From: Candidatus Latescibacterota bacterium
GTDB taxonomy: Bacteria; Latescibacterota; CBDCVA01
NCBI GenBank assembly: GCA_965222935.1
Contig: CBDCVA010000001.1
Coordinates: 28,389-92,388 of the forward strand
DNA: 64,000 nt
Reading direction: 5' to 3'
The translations under genes were made by a program, and so were the position numbers. This document shows, piece after piece, positions 49,621 to 58,316 of the stretch; position 1 is the stretch's first letter, and every line of letters begins with the position of its first letter. The notes under the pieces were generated by a model that was given only the letters and a program-made list of their open reading frames with translations, was not told where the DNA came from and did not search any database.

Positions 49621-50627
49621 GGCTCCCACCCCTCCTGCTGCACTATTACGTCACGTACCGCTGCAACCTGCGCTGCCACTACTGCAACATCCCACTCCAG
49701 CCGGAACCGACCGATCCCGTGGGCTCCTCGTTGGCGACGCTCAAGGCCGTCGTAGCTCAGGCGCGGAAGGTCGGCGCCCGCTTCGTGGATTTCACGGGTG
49801 GAGAACCCCTCCTTTACAAGGCTCTGCCCGACGCACTGGCCTGGGCCAAGTCCCTCGGCTACTGGACGAGCATTACCACCAACTGTACGCTCTACCCCCG
49901 ACGGGCGGACGCCTTGCGCGGTCTGGTTGACCTGCTGCACTTTTCGCTCGATTCGGCCCATCTCGGGGCGCACGATGCTCAGCGCGGCAGCGGCAACTGG
50001 GCCGAGGTGATGACGGCGCTCGATCTGGCGGAGCGGCTGGGCGAGACGCCCGACGTTTTGTTCACCGTGACGCAGGCGAACGTCGGCGAGATGGAGAGCA
50101 TGGTACGGCTGGCGCAGGAGCGTCGCTTGATTCTGATCGTCAACCCCGAGTTCACGTACTTCGGCGGGAACGGGTCGCTCACACAAGCGCAATTTCAAGA
50201 GATCGCCGGCTACGCGTGGGAGCCCTACGTCTACCTGAACCGCGCCTTCCTCAGCCTGCGTCGGCAAGGCGGAAACCGGATCGACAAGCCCCGATGCCGG
50301 GCGGTCACCTCCACCATCGCCGTCTCCCCCGATGGCTGCCTCCTGCTTCCCTGCTACCATCACCACACCGAGCGCATCCCCATCAGGGATAACCTCCGGG
50401 AACTGCTGGATTCCCCAGCCGTCGGCCGCGCACTCCGAATGCAGGGCCGCTACGATTTCTGCGAAGGCTGCGCCATCAACTGCTACATGGACCCCTCCTT
50501 CTGTTACCGGCCCGATGGCCTCTTCTTCGAGAGCCTCGCCTCCAAGGCGAAGTACGGCTTCGACAAATATCTTCGCCGGGCCATTGCGGAACGCCTTGCC
50601 CCGCGTTCGCGGAACGGGGCATCGTGA
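49617..50627 (+). CDS. Radical SAM enzyme with a twitch/SPASM-like C-terminus (copy 3)
   Basis: CNLRCHYC, with C-terminal PCYHHH...FCEGCAINC. GTGA overlap. Confidence 0.85.
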   Translation: MRLPPLLLHYYVTYRCNLRCHYCNIPLQPEPTDPVGSSLATLKAVVAQARKVGARFVDFTGGEPLLYKALPDALAWAKSLGYWTSITTNCTLYPRRADALRGLVDLLHFSLDSAHLGAHDAQRGSGNWAEVMTALDLAERLGETPDVLFTVTQANVGEMESMVRLAQERRLILIVNPEFTYFGGNGSLTQAQFQEIAGYAWEPYVYLNRAFLSLRRQGGNRIDKPRCRAVTSTIAVSPDGCLLLPCYHHHTERIPIRDNLRELLDSPAVGRALRMQGRYDFCEGCAINCYMDPSFCYRPDGLFFESLASKAKYGFDKYLRRAIAERLAPRSRNGAS

Positions 50628-50634
50628 GTACGGG

Positions 50635-51918
50635 ATGTTGACTCGTGTTGAAATAGAGAATTACAGACCTCTGGCTCAGGTGTCTCAAAGTCTAGGGGGT
50701 CTCTGCATCTTGGTGGGTCCAAATGCGTCAGGAAAAACAGCGTTCCTTGACGCACTGTCCTTCGTGCGTGACCTCCTGACCGAAGGGCTAGAAACTGCGG
50801 TTCTGTCGCGTGCGCCGGGCCAAGATCTTGTCTTTTTCGGTTCGGTGCCCAAGGGTGGCAAAACGCAAAACACCAACGGGTTCGGGATCGCCCTTGAGCT
50901 ATCGATCCCTCAGAAATTACGTCGCAAGCTCCCCAACCAGTACTCGCTATGCCGCTACGAGGTCTTCATCAACCCGGCTCATGTACCGGAGTTCGTATCG
51001 GAAAACCTGTGGCTGCTTCAAGGTCCTTCGTCTTCTAAGCGTCTCGAACGCCTTGGTTTAATGGATCCCCCCTTGCCGATATCTCTTGAGACGCCGCCTC
51101 TTAGTCCACGCTGGGTGGTCACGCCACAAGCACGTAAGGGATGGAGAAGAATAGTCAGTAAGACCGCAGGTGGGAATGACTACTTCCGTAGTGAAACTAC
51201 CGGGTGGAATGCACCTTTTCGCCTCGGGGTTCATAAATCTGTTCTGGCTAACCTGCCTGAAGAGGAGGATCGGTTTCCGGTAGCAACTTGGTGCAAGCGG
51301 TTGCTCATAGAGGGGATCCGACCACTTTTACTCGATACGTCATCGATGCGCCTTCCCCGTCCGGCCATGCCGTCACCAACCCTTGAGGCCGATGGATCCA
51401 ACCTCGCCTCGGTCGTCGGCTGGCTGCACCATAATGACCGACCTCGATTCGATCAATGGCTGAACCACGTCCGCACGATCATCCCCGAACTGGCAACCGT
51501 GAAGGCAGGAGGTGGTGTCGAGCGCTTGACATATCTGATGGCAAAGGAGGCTAGTGGCGTCCAGACGCCGGGCTGGCTCATGTCGGATGGCACACTGCGC
51601 TTGTTGGCCCATACGATAGTGGCGTACCTGCCAACCTCCGAACGCATCTACCTCATCGAAGAGCCCGAGAATGGCATCCATCCCCGCGCCATCGAGGCGG
51701 TGTACGACTCTCTCTCGTCCGTCTACGACGGCCAAGTCCTCGTCGCCACGCATTCGCCCGTACTCTTGAGCGTCGCCGATCCCGCCGAGGTGCTCTGCTT
51801 CAGCAAGGACAAGGATGGCGCCACGCATATCGTCCGAGGCGATAAGCACCCCGCCCTCAAAGACTGGCACGGCGAGCCCAACCTGAGCGTCCTCTACGCC
51901 GCGGGTATCCTCGGCTAG
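50635..51918 (+). CDS. ABC/SMC-type (AAA_21-like) ATPase
   Basis: ATG at 50635. Walker A GPNASGKT, signature-like MSDGTLR, Walker B IYLIEEPENGIHP and H-loop VATHSP. The 5' extension in the track ORF overlaps the radical-SAM gene and is rejected. Confidence 0.85.
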   Translation: MLTRVEIENYRPLAQVSQSLGGLCILVGPNASGKTAFLDALSFVRDLLTEGLETAVLSRAPGQDLVFFGSVPKGGKTQNTNGFGIALELSIPQKLRRKLPNQYSLCRYEVFINPAHVPEFVSENLWLLQGPSSSKRLERLGLMDPPLPISLETPPLSPRWVVTPQARKGWRRIVSKTAGGNDYFRSETTGWNAPFRLGVHKSVLANLPEEEDRFPVATWCKRLLIEGIRPLLLDTSSMRLPRPAMPSPTLEADGSNLASVVGWLHHNDRPRFDQWLNHVRTIIPELATVKAGGGVERLTYLMAKEASGVQTPGWLMSDGTLRLLAHTIVAYLPTSERIYLIEEPENGIHPRAIEAVYDSLSSVYDGQVLVATHSPVLLSVADPAEVLCFSKDKDGATHIVRGDKHPALKDWHGEPNLSVLYAAGILG

Positions 51919-51920
51919 AC

Positions 51921-52550
51921 ATGGACGGAGTCGCCACAAGAGACCTGTTCGTGTTGCTGCCCGATTCTCACATGCGGGCCGTATTCGACGTCGTGCTCAG
52001 CCGTCCCCAGGAGTTGGGCATCCGGCCCATCACGTACGATGTCTACGCCCATCCTCATCGCGATTCCGGCGTCCACCACGAGGGCGCAGCGTTCGTCCGC
52101 ACTCGCGCAAGGGGCTACAGCCGCTTCGTCATGGCCTTCGACCGCGAGCACTACGGCACGAAGGATCCGCCGCTGGCGAAAGAACTATCCGAGGCAGTAA
52201 GGGTGCAGCTCGCTCGCATGGACCTCGCCGACCGCACCGTCGCCCTCGTCCTCGATCCCGAGCTCGAGGTTTGGGCCTGGAGCGATCTGGCCGATGTGGC
52301 GCGTACGATGGGCTGGAGCTCCCCCAACGAGATCAAACAGTGGTTGGTGACCAACGACATCGAATGGCCCCCGTCCGACCCGAAACGGGCCTTCCACGCG
52401 GCATTGAGGGAACGCGGCCTGAAGCGGTCCGCCGCCGTATACTCGGAGTTAACGGCAGCCGCACGTCTCGACCGCTGCACCGATCCCGCATTCGCCGCGC
52501 TCGTCCGTGCCCTGCGCGAGTGGTTCCCACTCATCTCGGACGAATCCTGA
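51921..52550 (+). CDS. Uncharacterized 209-aa partner of the ATPase
   Basis: It starts 2 nt after the ATPase stop and I can recognise no catalytic motif. Conserved-looking acidic positions are LLPDS, FVMAFDREH and LVLDPELEVWAW. A DUF4276/TOPRIM-like assignment is only a guess. Confidence 0.7.
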   Translation: MDGVATRDLFVLLPDSHMRAVFDVVLSRPQELGIRPITYDVYAHPHRDSGVHHEGAAFVRTRARGYSRFVMAFDREHYGTKDPPLAKELSEAVRVQLARMDLADRTVALVLDPELEVWAWSDLADVARTMGWSSPNEIKQWLVTNDIEWPPSDPKRAFHAALRERGLKRSAAVYSELTAAARLDRCTDPAFAALVRALREWFPLISDES

Positions 52551-52596
52551 TTCCGACGGAGGGCCTGAAGACCCGCTTAGCCATAGGGAGGTGGCG

Positions 52597-53451
52597 ATGA
52601 ACCGAAGCTTTGTCCTGGTGTGCGCGCTCTTCGCGGTGCTGGCCGCCATCGCGCCGGCCGAGGCCAGGGACCTGGTCCGGATCGGCGGAAGCGTGGTCGT
52701 GGAAGAGGGCGAACAGGTGCAGGACGCCGTGGCCGTGGGCGGAGACGTGACGGTCCACGGCGAGGTGCGCGGTGACGCCGTCGCCATCGGCGGGGACGTC
52801 ATCGTGAAGGCGGGAGGGCAGGTCGGGAACGATGCCGTGGCCGTGGGGGGACGGCTCGTGATGGAGCCGGGCGCCGAGATCGGCGGAAGCGAAATCGAGG
52901 TGGCTGGCGAAGCCATGTCCGAAGCGCTGAGATGGGCCTCGGTCGTTCCGGTCGTGTGGGGGCCGCTCAAGGCCTTCTACTGGATGGGTAAGCTGGTGGC
53001 TCTCCTGGCCCTGGGGATGCTGCTCCTGACGCTCCTGCCCGCTCAGATGGAAGCCGTCGTGACGGCGGCCGAGCAGAACGCCTGGAAGACGGCCGCGGTG
53101 GGCCTCGTGGGCGTGTTGGCCATCGCGCCGTTTTTGGCCCTGCTGTGCCTGACGATCATCGGCATCCCGCTCATTCCACTCGTCATCATGGCCGTGGCGG
53201 TGGCTCTCTTGTTCGGCTACGTGGGCGTGGGATACCTGGTCGGCCGTAAGCTCCCGTGGGAGGCGCTCAAGGGGCGCTCACCCCTTCTGACGCTGGCGCT
53301 GGGGATGCTCCTCCTGTCGGTGGCGAACGAAGTGCCGTGGCTCGGCTGGCTGGTGTTCTTTGCCGCGAGCCTCTTGGGATTCGGGGCGGTGCTCCGGTCC
53401 ACGTTCGGGAGGCTCCGGAAGACGGCTACGCCTGCGCCGCTTCCAGAATGA
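52597..53451 (+). CDS. Membrane protein with a bactofilin-like (polymer-forming) repeat domain
   Basis: GGGAGGTG RBS and a signal peptide. Repeats of the type GGDVTVHGEVRGDAVAIGGDVIV, followed by 4-5 TM helices. Confidence 0.6.
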   Translation: MNRSFVLVCALFAVLAAIAPAEARDLVRIGGSVVVEEGEQVQDAVAVGGDVTVHGEVRGDAVAIGGDVIVKAGGQVGNDAVAVGGRLVMEPGAEIGGSEIEVAGEAMSEALRWASVVPVVWGPLKAFYWMGKLVALLALGMLLLTLLPAQMEAVVTAAEQNAWKTAAVGLVGVLAIAPFLALLCLTIIGIPLIPLVIMAVAVALLFGYVGVGYLVGRKLPWEALKGRSPLLTLALGMLLLSVANEVPWLGWLVFFAASLLGFGAVLRSTFGRLRKTATPAPLPE

Positions 53452-53890
53452 CTTCCAGCTCGATGGGCGGGCCCAGGGGTAGCTCGTTCACGCCCACGGC
53501 CAGCCGCGCGTGCATGCCCGCGTCGCCGAAGATCTGGCGCATCAGTTCCGAAGCGCCGTTCATGACGCGCGCCTGATCGGTGTAGCCGGGGGCGCTGGCC
53601 ACAAAGCCGACCAGCCGGACGACGCGGCGAACCCGGTCCAGGCTCCCCAATTCCGCATCCGCGACCGCGAGGGCGTTGAGCGCCGCCTGACGCGCGGCAT
53701 CGGCGCCCTCTTCGGTCGTGACTTCCGCGCCCAGCTTCCCGGTGTACATGAGCGCACTCTCGACGAACGGAAGCTGCCCCGAGATGAACAGGAGATTCCC
53801 GCTTTGGACCGCCCGGACGTAGGCGCCCGCGGGCTGGGGTGGTGAGGGAAGCGTGATGTCCAGTTCGCGCAGCCGCGCTTCGACGTTCAT
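53426..53890 (-). CDS. RidA/YjgF family protein
   Basis: Start ATG at 53890 with GGGAGGA RBS. About 154 aa with family-typical ISGQLPF and C-terminal ELEVILEA. Confidence 0.8.
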   Translation of the reverse strand: MNVEARLRELDITLPSPPQPAGAYVRAVQSGNLLFISGQLPFVESALMYTGKLGAEVTTEEGADAARQAALNALAVADAELGSLDRVRRVVRLVGFVASAPGYTDQARVMNGASELMRQIFGDAGMHARLAVGVNELPLGPPIELEVILEAAQA

Positions 53891-53930
53891 GGCGGGGTCC
53901 TCCCGATAGGTGAATGGATTTCGTGCCGGC

Positions 53931-54515
53931 CTATTCCGTTTGCGGTGCAAGCCCCGATGTCGGAGGCTGGATACCGACCGAGCGTAGCAGGCCCTCGACG
54001 AAAGTCAGTTCGGCGCGCAGGTGCGTCCACGTGCGCCCCAGGATGAGCGTCATCCCCGCTTCAGCGCGGTGCTCCGCGCTCCGGGTCATCGCTGCGTCCG
54101 CTTCATGCAATTCCTTCTCCAGCCGCTCGCGGTAGCGCCCGAGCGCCTCGATGAGTTCGTCCGTTTCGAGATAGCGGATGTGAGCCAGGGCGATGTCGAA
54201 CATCGAGCGTACGACGGGAGGATCGGCCAGGATACCCCTGATGGCGGCGTGAAAGGCTTCGCGGCCGTCGGGCGTGACCGCGTAGATCTTCACGGGAAGG
54301 CCCCGGTCGCTTTCGCGCAGCCGGTAGTCCACGAAACCCTTGGCGCGCAATTTCGCCATGACGTTATATACGGAGGAGAAACCCACATCCGCCCAGGCAT
54401 GCACGCCTTTGGCTTCGACGCGGGACCACAACTCGTAGCCGTGCGCGGGGCCTTCGAGCAAAAGCCCTAACACCGCCAGTTCGACGGGGGGCAAGGGCTT
54501 GGCTTGTCGCGGCAT
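53931..54515 (-). CDS. PadR family transcriptional regulator
   Basis: Winged-HTH segment AVLGLLLEGPAHGYELWSRV...SSVYNVMAKLRAKGFV. Confidence 0.85.
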   Translation of the reverse strand: MPRQAKPLPPVELAVLGLLLEGPAHGYELWSRVEAKGVHAWADVGFSSVYNVMAKLRAKGFVDYRLRESDRGLPVKIYAVTPDGREAFHAAIRGILADPPVVRSMFDIALAHIRYLETDELIEALGRYRERLEKELHEADAAMTRSAEHRAEAGMTLILGRTWTHLRAELTFVEGLLRSVGIQPPTSGLAPQTE

Positions 54516-54542
54516 GAGAGGGGTAGGGATGACAGTCCCTTA

Positions 54543-54564
54543 GGTATTCTTATGATAGAATACC
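54543..54564. promoter_or_regulatory. Candidate PadR operator (8-bp inverted repeat)
   Basis: ggtattct-tatgat-agaatacc, 28-49 nt upstream of the PadR start. Confidence 0.4.
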
Positions 54565-54669
54565 CCCCCCTTCCTGTCAAGCGGCGTTGACCCCTCGGGG
54601 GGCGAGGCCGAACCGCTCGGGCGAGCGGTCTCGTGAGGCCTCGATTCACGCGCGGGCGTGTGGCGGAGG

Positions 54670-54858
54670 TCAGGAGAGAAAAGTCATCGGCGCGCCGCCC
54701 TCCTGCTCGGCGAGTTCAAGCTGGGCGACGATCTTGCGCGCGCACTCCACGCAGACGTTGTTGTTCCCGAAGGCGTAGCCGCCCAGGAATTCCCAGACGA
54801 GGTCTTTCTGCTCGCCGCACTCGTCGCAGACGATGTCCGTGACGATCCGTCCGTTCAT
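54670..54858 (-). CDS. Small zinc-ribbon-like protein
   Basis: 62 aa from the ATG at 54858 (GGGAG RBS), with two CxxC pairs (CDEC, CVEC). Confidence 0.45.
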   Translation of the reverse strand: MNGRIVTDIVCDECGEQKDLVWEFLGGYAFGNNNVCVECARKIVAQLELAEQEGGAPMTFLS

Positions 54859-55006
54859 GGGCACGATGCTCCCGGTTTGTGATCTGGCACTGAGCGCCGG
54901 GAAAGTCCACGGCGACGGTCGCCCCTAATGTGACACTTTCAACGGCCGGAGACAACCAGAATCCGCCCTGGAGCCGGAAGCCGGTGACGACGGGTCCGTC
55001 ACTCTT

Positions 55007-56452
55007 TCAAAACCCGCGCAAAAAGCGCAGGTGTCCTTCGTCCATCCCCGCGCGCTTGAGGAAGGCGACGTAGTCGGCGTGAAGTTTGCGGGCCACGTCT
55101 GGATGCTGATGGATGACGTCCCGCGTGCATGCCGGGTCTTCGCGCAGGTGATAGAGTTCGGGACGGATGGACCCCCGCTCCAGCGCGCGAACCTGGCGCT
55201 GGATGCCGTCCACCATCCGGGTCATCTCCGGGTCGGTGATCCTGTCGGTCTGGCTGCCGAAGATCAGCGTCCAGTCGCCGCTGGTGATTGTGCTGCGCGT
55301 CGTGGGGTGAGGTGCGGCGATCGCCGGAGAGGAGAGCGTCGGAGAGCTCACGGCAAAGGGGCGCACCGCACGCCGCTTGCCGCGCAGGAGTGTAAGGAGC
55401 GACCGGCCCTGGACCGCACCGGGGATCGGGACGCCGAAAAGCTCCAGGATGGTGGGCATCAGGTCCACGGGCTGGGCGTAGGCGCGAATCCTCCGCCTGC
55501 GAGCGCTGTTCGGCAGATGCGCCAGAAGCGGGATGCGGGCGACCTCGGGGTAGAGTGGAAGCGCCTGCTGGTACTCGGGAGCGATGAGGGACTTGCCGAT
55601 GTACCCGTGCTCGCCCAGGTAGAAGCCGTGGTCGCTCATCACGAAGATGGCCGTGTCGTTCCACAGGCCCAGGTCCTCGACGCGCCGCAGCAGATGGCCC
55701 ACCCAACGGTCCACGAGCGAGACTTCACCCGCATAGAGCGCGCGGCAGTGGTTCAGTTCAGCCTGAGTTAGAAAGTCGCATCGGTCGTAGCGGGGGTAGA
55801 TGACCTTCTCTCCCTCGTAGCCAGGGTCGTAAAGGTCGGTGTAGTGCTGGGGCGGGTCCCAGGGCTCGTGCGGGTCGAAGGTGTCGATGTAGAGGAAGAA
55901 GGGGTAACGGCTGTTGCGTTCGAGCCAATGCGCTGCGGCACGCATCGTCCGGGCGGGGAAGTAGTCCTCCTCCTTCTCGCGCTCGGCGACGTTGCGAAGG
56001 TACTGGCCGGTGCTCTGCTCGCCGGCCCGCAGCTTCGTCGGATCGCAGGGGAAGACGATCTCGGCGGGCTCGGTCTTCCACCGGTCATGCTCCTGCCCGC
56101 GAATGACCTCCCAGCCCGCGAAGCCGCGCTGATAGTTGAAGCCCGGAGTAAAGGGGTGCGGCGTATCGGCGAAGAGGGCGGTCGCCACGCCCGCCTGGTC
56201 CAGCACCTCGGCTAGGACCGTCTCGCCCTCCCCTATCGGCGCCCAGGACTTGTAGGTGAACGTGTATCGGCCGGTGAAAAGATCGTTCCTGCACGGCACG
56301 GTCGGAAAAGAGGCGAGGTACGCCCGCTCGAAAATGTGGGCGCCTTGGGCAAAGCGGTCCAGGTTGGGCGTCGAGATCCAGTCGTTGCCGTAGCAGCCTA
56401 TGTGGTCGCGCCTGAGCGTGTCACTGACGATCAAGATGACGTTCATGCCCAC
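55007..56452 (-). CDS. Sulfatase-like hydrolase/transferase (alkaline-phosphatase superfamily)
   Basis: 481 aa. The N-terminus is NVILIVSDTLRRDH...TPNLDRFA. The active-site segment is TVPCRNDLFTGR, where Thr replaces the canonical Cys/Ser. Confidence 0.8.
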   Translation of the reverse strand: MGMNVILIVSDTLRRDHIGCYGNDWISTPNLDRFAQGAHIFERAYLASFPTVPCRNDLFTGRYTFTYKSWAPIGEGETVLAEVLDQAGVATALFADTPHPFTPGFNYQRGFAGWEVIRGQEHDRWKTEPAEIVFPCDPTKLRAGEQSTGQYLRNVAEREKEEDYFPARTMRAAAHWLERNSRYPFFLYIDTFDPHEPWDPPQHYTDLYDPGYEGEKVIYPRYDRCDFLTQAELNHCRALYAGEVSLVDRWVGHLLRRVEDLGLWNDTAIFVMSDHGFYLGEHGYIGKSLIAPEYQQALPLYPEVARIPLLAHLPNSARRRRIRAYAQPVDLMPTILELFGVPIPGAVQGRSLLTLLRGKRRAVRPFAVSSPTLSSPAIAAPHPTTRSTITSGDWTLIFGSQTDRITDPEMTRMVDGIQRQVRALERGSIRPELYHLREDPACTRDVIHQHPDVARKLHADYVAFLKRAGMDEGHLRFLRGF

Positions 56453-56459
56453 CGACCTC

Positions 56460-58316
56460 CTACGTCGCCCGGCTTACACGGGTTCCGGGATTGGACACGC
56501 TGTACTGGCCGAAGCGATACGAGGTCGCCTGGAGCCGATACAGTTCGGCATACTCGCCATCAGCGGACAACAGTGCGGCGTGTGTCCCTTGCTCGATTAG
56601 GCGACCCTCCCGTAGCACCAGAATGCGGTCTGCAATCTGACATGACGCCAATCTATGGGAGATGAGGATGGCCGTGTTCTCTTGTGCCATGTCGGCAAAG
56701 TGCCGATAGACTGCCGCTTCTGCCTTCGCATCGAGCGCTGATGCCGGCTCGTCTAGAATGAGAATCTCGGCGGGTCGGAAGTAGGCGCGGGCAATCGCCA
56801 GCTTCTGCCATTGTCCCACCGATAGCTCCGCGCCTGCATGGAACTCCTTACCCAGCGGGGTGTCCAGACCGCGTGGCAGCACAGTTACCGCCTCCTGGGC
56901 GCCACTGCGCGTGAGGACTGTCTCCAGGCGCGCTTCATCGGTTGCCCCTTCGAGCCAACCGAAGGTGATGTTTTCCTGGACAGTCGTCTGGTAACGAAGA
57001 AAGGACTGGAAGACGGACCCCAATTTTGTGTACCAGTCGGTGAGAGCAATCTCGTTGAGGTCATTTCCATCAACCACAATGCGGCCCGATGTCGGTCGGT
57101 ACAGGCCCATCAAGAGCTTGACGAGCGTGGTTTTGCCCGCACCATTCTCCCCCACGAGCGCGATCCGCTCACCGGGCCGGAGCGACAAATCGATATTAGA
57201 GAGGGCCGGTCGTGCGGCGCCCGGATAGGTGAAGGAGACATTTTCCATCACGATAGGCTCGGTGATTGCGTGCTCCAGCCGTCGGCCGGCTTTCAGGTCG
57301 ACACGCGGGGTATCCATCAACGCGAAGAAATCCTGCAAATAGTGAAGGTCATTGTAGAGCAAAGACCCACCCCAGATCAGATCTGCATAATTGACTTGGA
57401 AGCTTTCAATCGCTGCGAAGAGTGCAGCAGCCGCACCGATACTGATGTGGCCGTTGACCAGCAGACCGACACTCAATCCAATCGCCAAGATATGGACCAC
57501 GCCATTTAGTCCGTCGGAGACCACTGTGCGTCTCGCCTCATGCGCTGCGAGTTGTAGCCTCTCTGCATGGAGGCCACGACGGAGCTCCCCAGCCTGACCG
57601 AGCAGCCACCGCCCAAGGCTGAATAGCCGGATCTCGGCGGCTGCCTCCCGACCGGTCATTAAGCCGGTATATACCTCGAAGCGGCGTTCTTGCGGGGTCT
57701 GCGCACGCTCCATGAGATACCGCTGACGAAGGAGACGCTCGCGCAGGAACACACCTGGGGTCGTGCCGACAGCCAGTAACACCGGCAGTCCCCAGTGGAA
57801 TTGCCCTAAGTAGAGGAGGAGCGACATCAACGCGACGAAGAGTGAGAGACTTTCCCAAAGGAAAGACATGGTGTGGCCCAGGCGTCCGACTGTTCTGCGT
57901 CGCACTCGGTGCAATAGGTCATAGTGCTCGTCGTGCTCGAACCACTCCAGCGGCATAGATTGAGCCTGTTGCAGGCAGCGCTCCTCGACGAACGCAGCCA
58001 ACACTTCCTGATGATGTCGGGCAAGCATATCTCTGCCGTAGAGCACTGCAGTTTGCAGGAGTGCGAGCAGGGCGAGGACTAGCCCCCACAAGAGACCGGC
58101 TCCTACTGAGGCGTTTCCTTCCACTACCTGCTGTGCTGTCTCTATGAGCCGACGCAGTACATGCACGTCTGCCACAGCAAACAGCCCCATGCCGGCACTC
58201 AATACGGTCAGGAGCGTAGCACCTCTGGCATCGGCAGCCAGCAGCAAGCGCATTGTACGGGGGAGATACCTTAGGCGCCGCCAAGACCGAGCATTGTTGT
58301 CCTGTGCAGTGCTCAT
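56460..58316 (-). CDS. ABC exporter, fused permease/ATPase (subunit 2)
   Basis: Six-TM N-terminal half, with GENGAGKTT, LSVGQWQ and ILILDEP. The ATG at 58316 overlaps the upstream stop (TGATG). Confidence 0.88.
   Translation of the reverse strand: MSTAQDNNARSWRRLRYLPRTMRLLLAADARGATLLTVLSAGMGLFAVADVHVLRRLIETAQQVVEGNASVGAGLLWGLVLALLALLQTAVLYGRDMLARHHQEVLAAFVEERCLQQAQSMPLEWFEHDEHYDLLHRVRRRTVGRLGHTMSFLWESLSLFVALMSLLLYLGQFHWGLPVLLAVGTTPGVFLRERLLRQRYLMERAQTPQERRFEVYTGLMTGREAAAEIRLFSLGRWLLGQAGELRRGLHAERLQLAAHEARRTVVSDGLNGVVHILAIGLSVGLLVNGHISIGAAAALFAAIESFQVNYADLIWGGSLLYNDLHYLQDFFALMDTPRVDLKAGRRLEHAITEPIVMENVSFTYPGAARPALSNIDLSLRPGERIALVGENGAGKTTLVKLLMGLYRPTSGRIVVDGNDLNEIALTDWYTKLGSVFQSFLRYQTTVQENITFGWLEGATDEARLETVLTRSGAQEAVTVLPRGLDTPLGKEFHAGAELSVGQWQKLAIARAYFRPAEILILDEPASALDAKAEAAVYRHFADMAQENTAILISHRLASCQIADRILVLREGRLIEQGTHAALLSADGEYAELYRLQATSYRFGQYSVSNPGTRVSRAT

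Noticed and set aside
50332-50634. 5' extension of the ATPase ORF in the track (528 aa).
   Set aside because: It is an alternate frame of the radical-SAM gene 49617-50627. The ATPase N-terminus MLTRVEIENYR, just before Walker A, starts at 50635.
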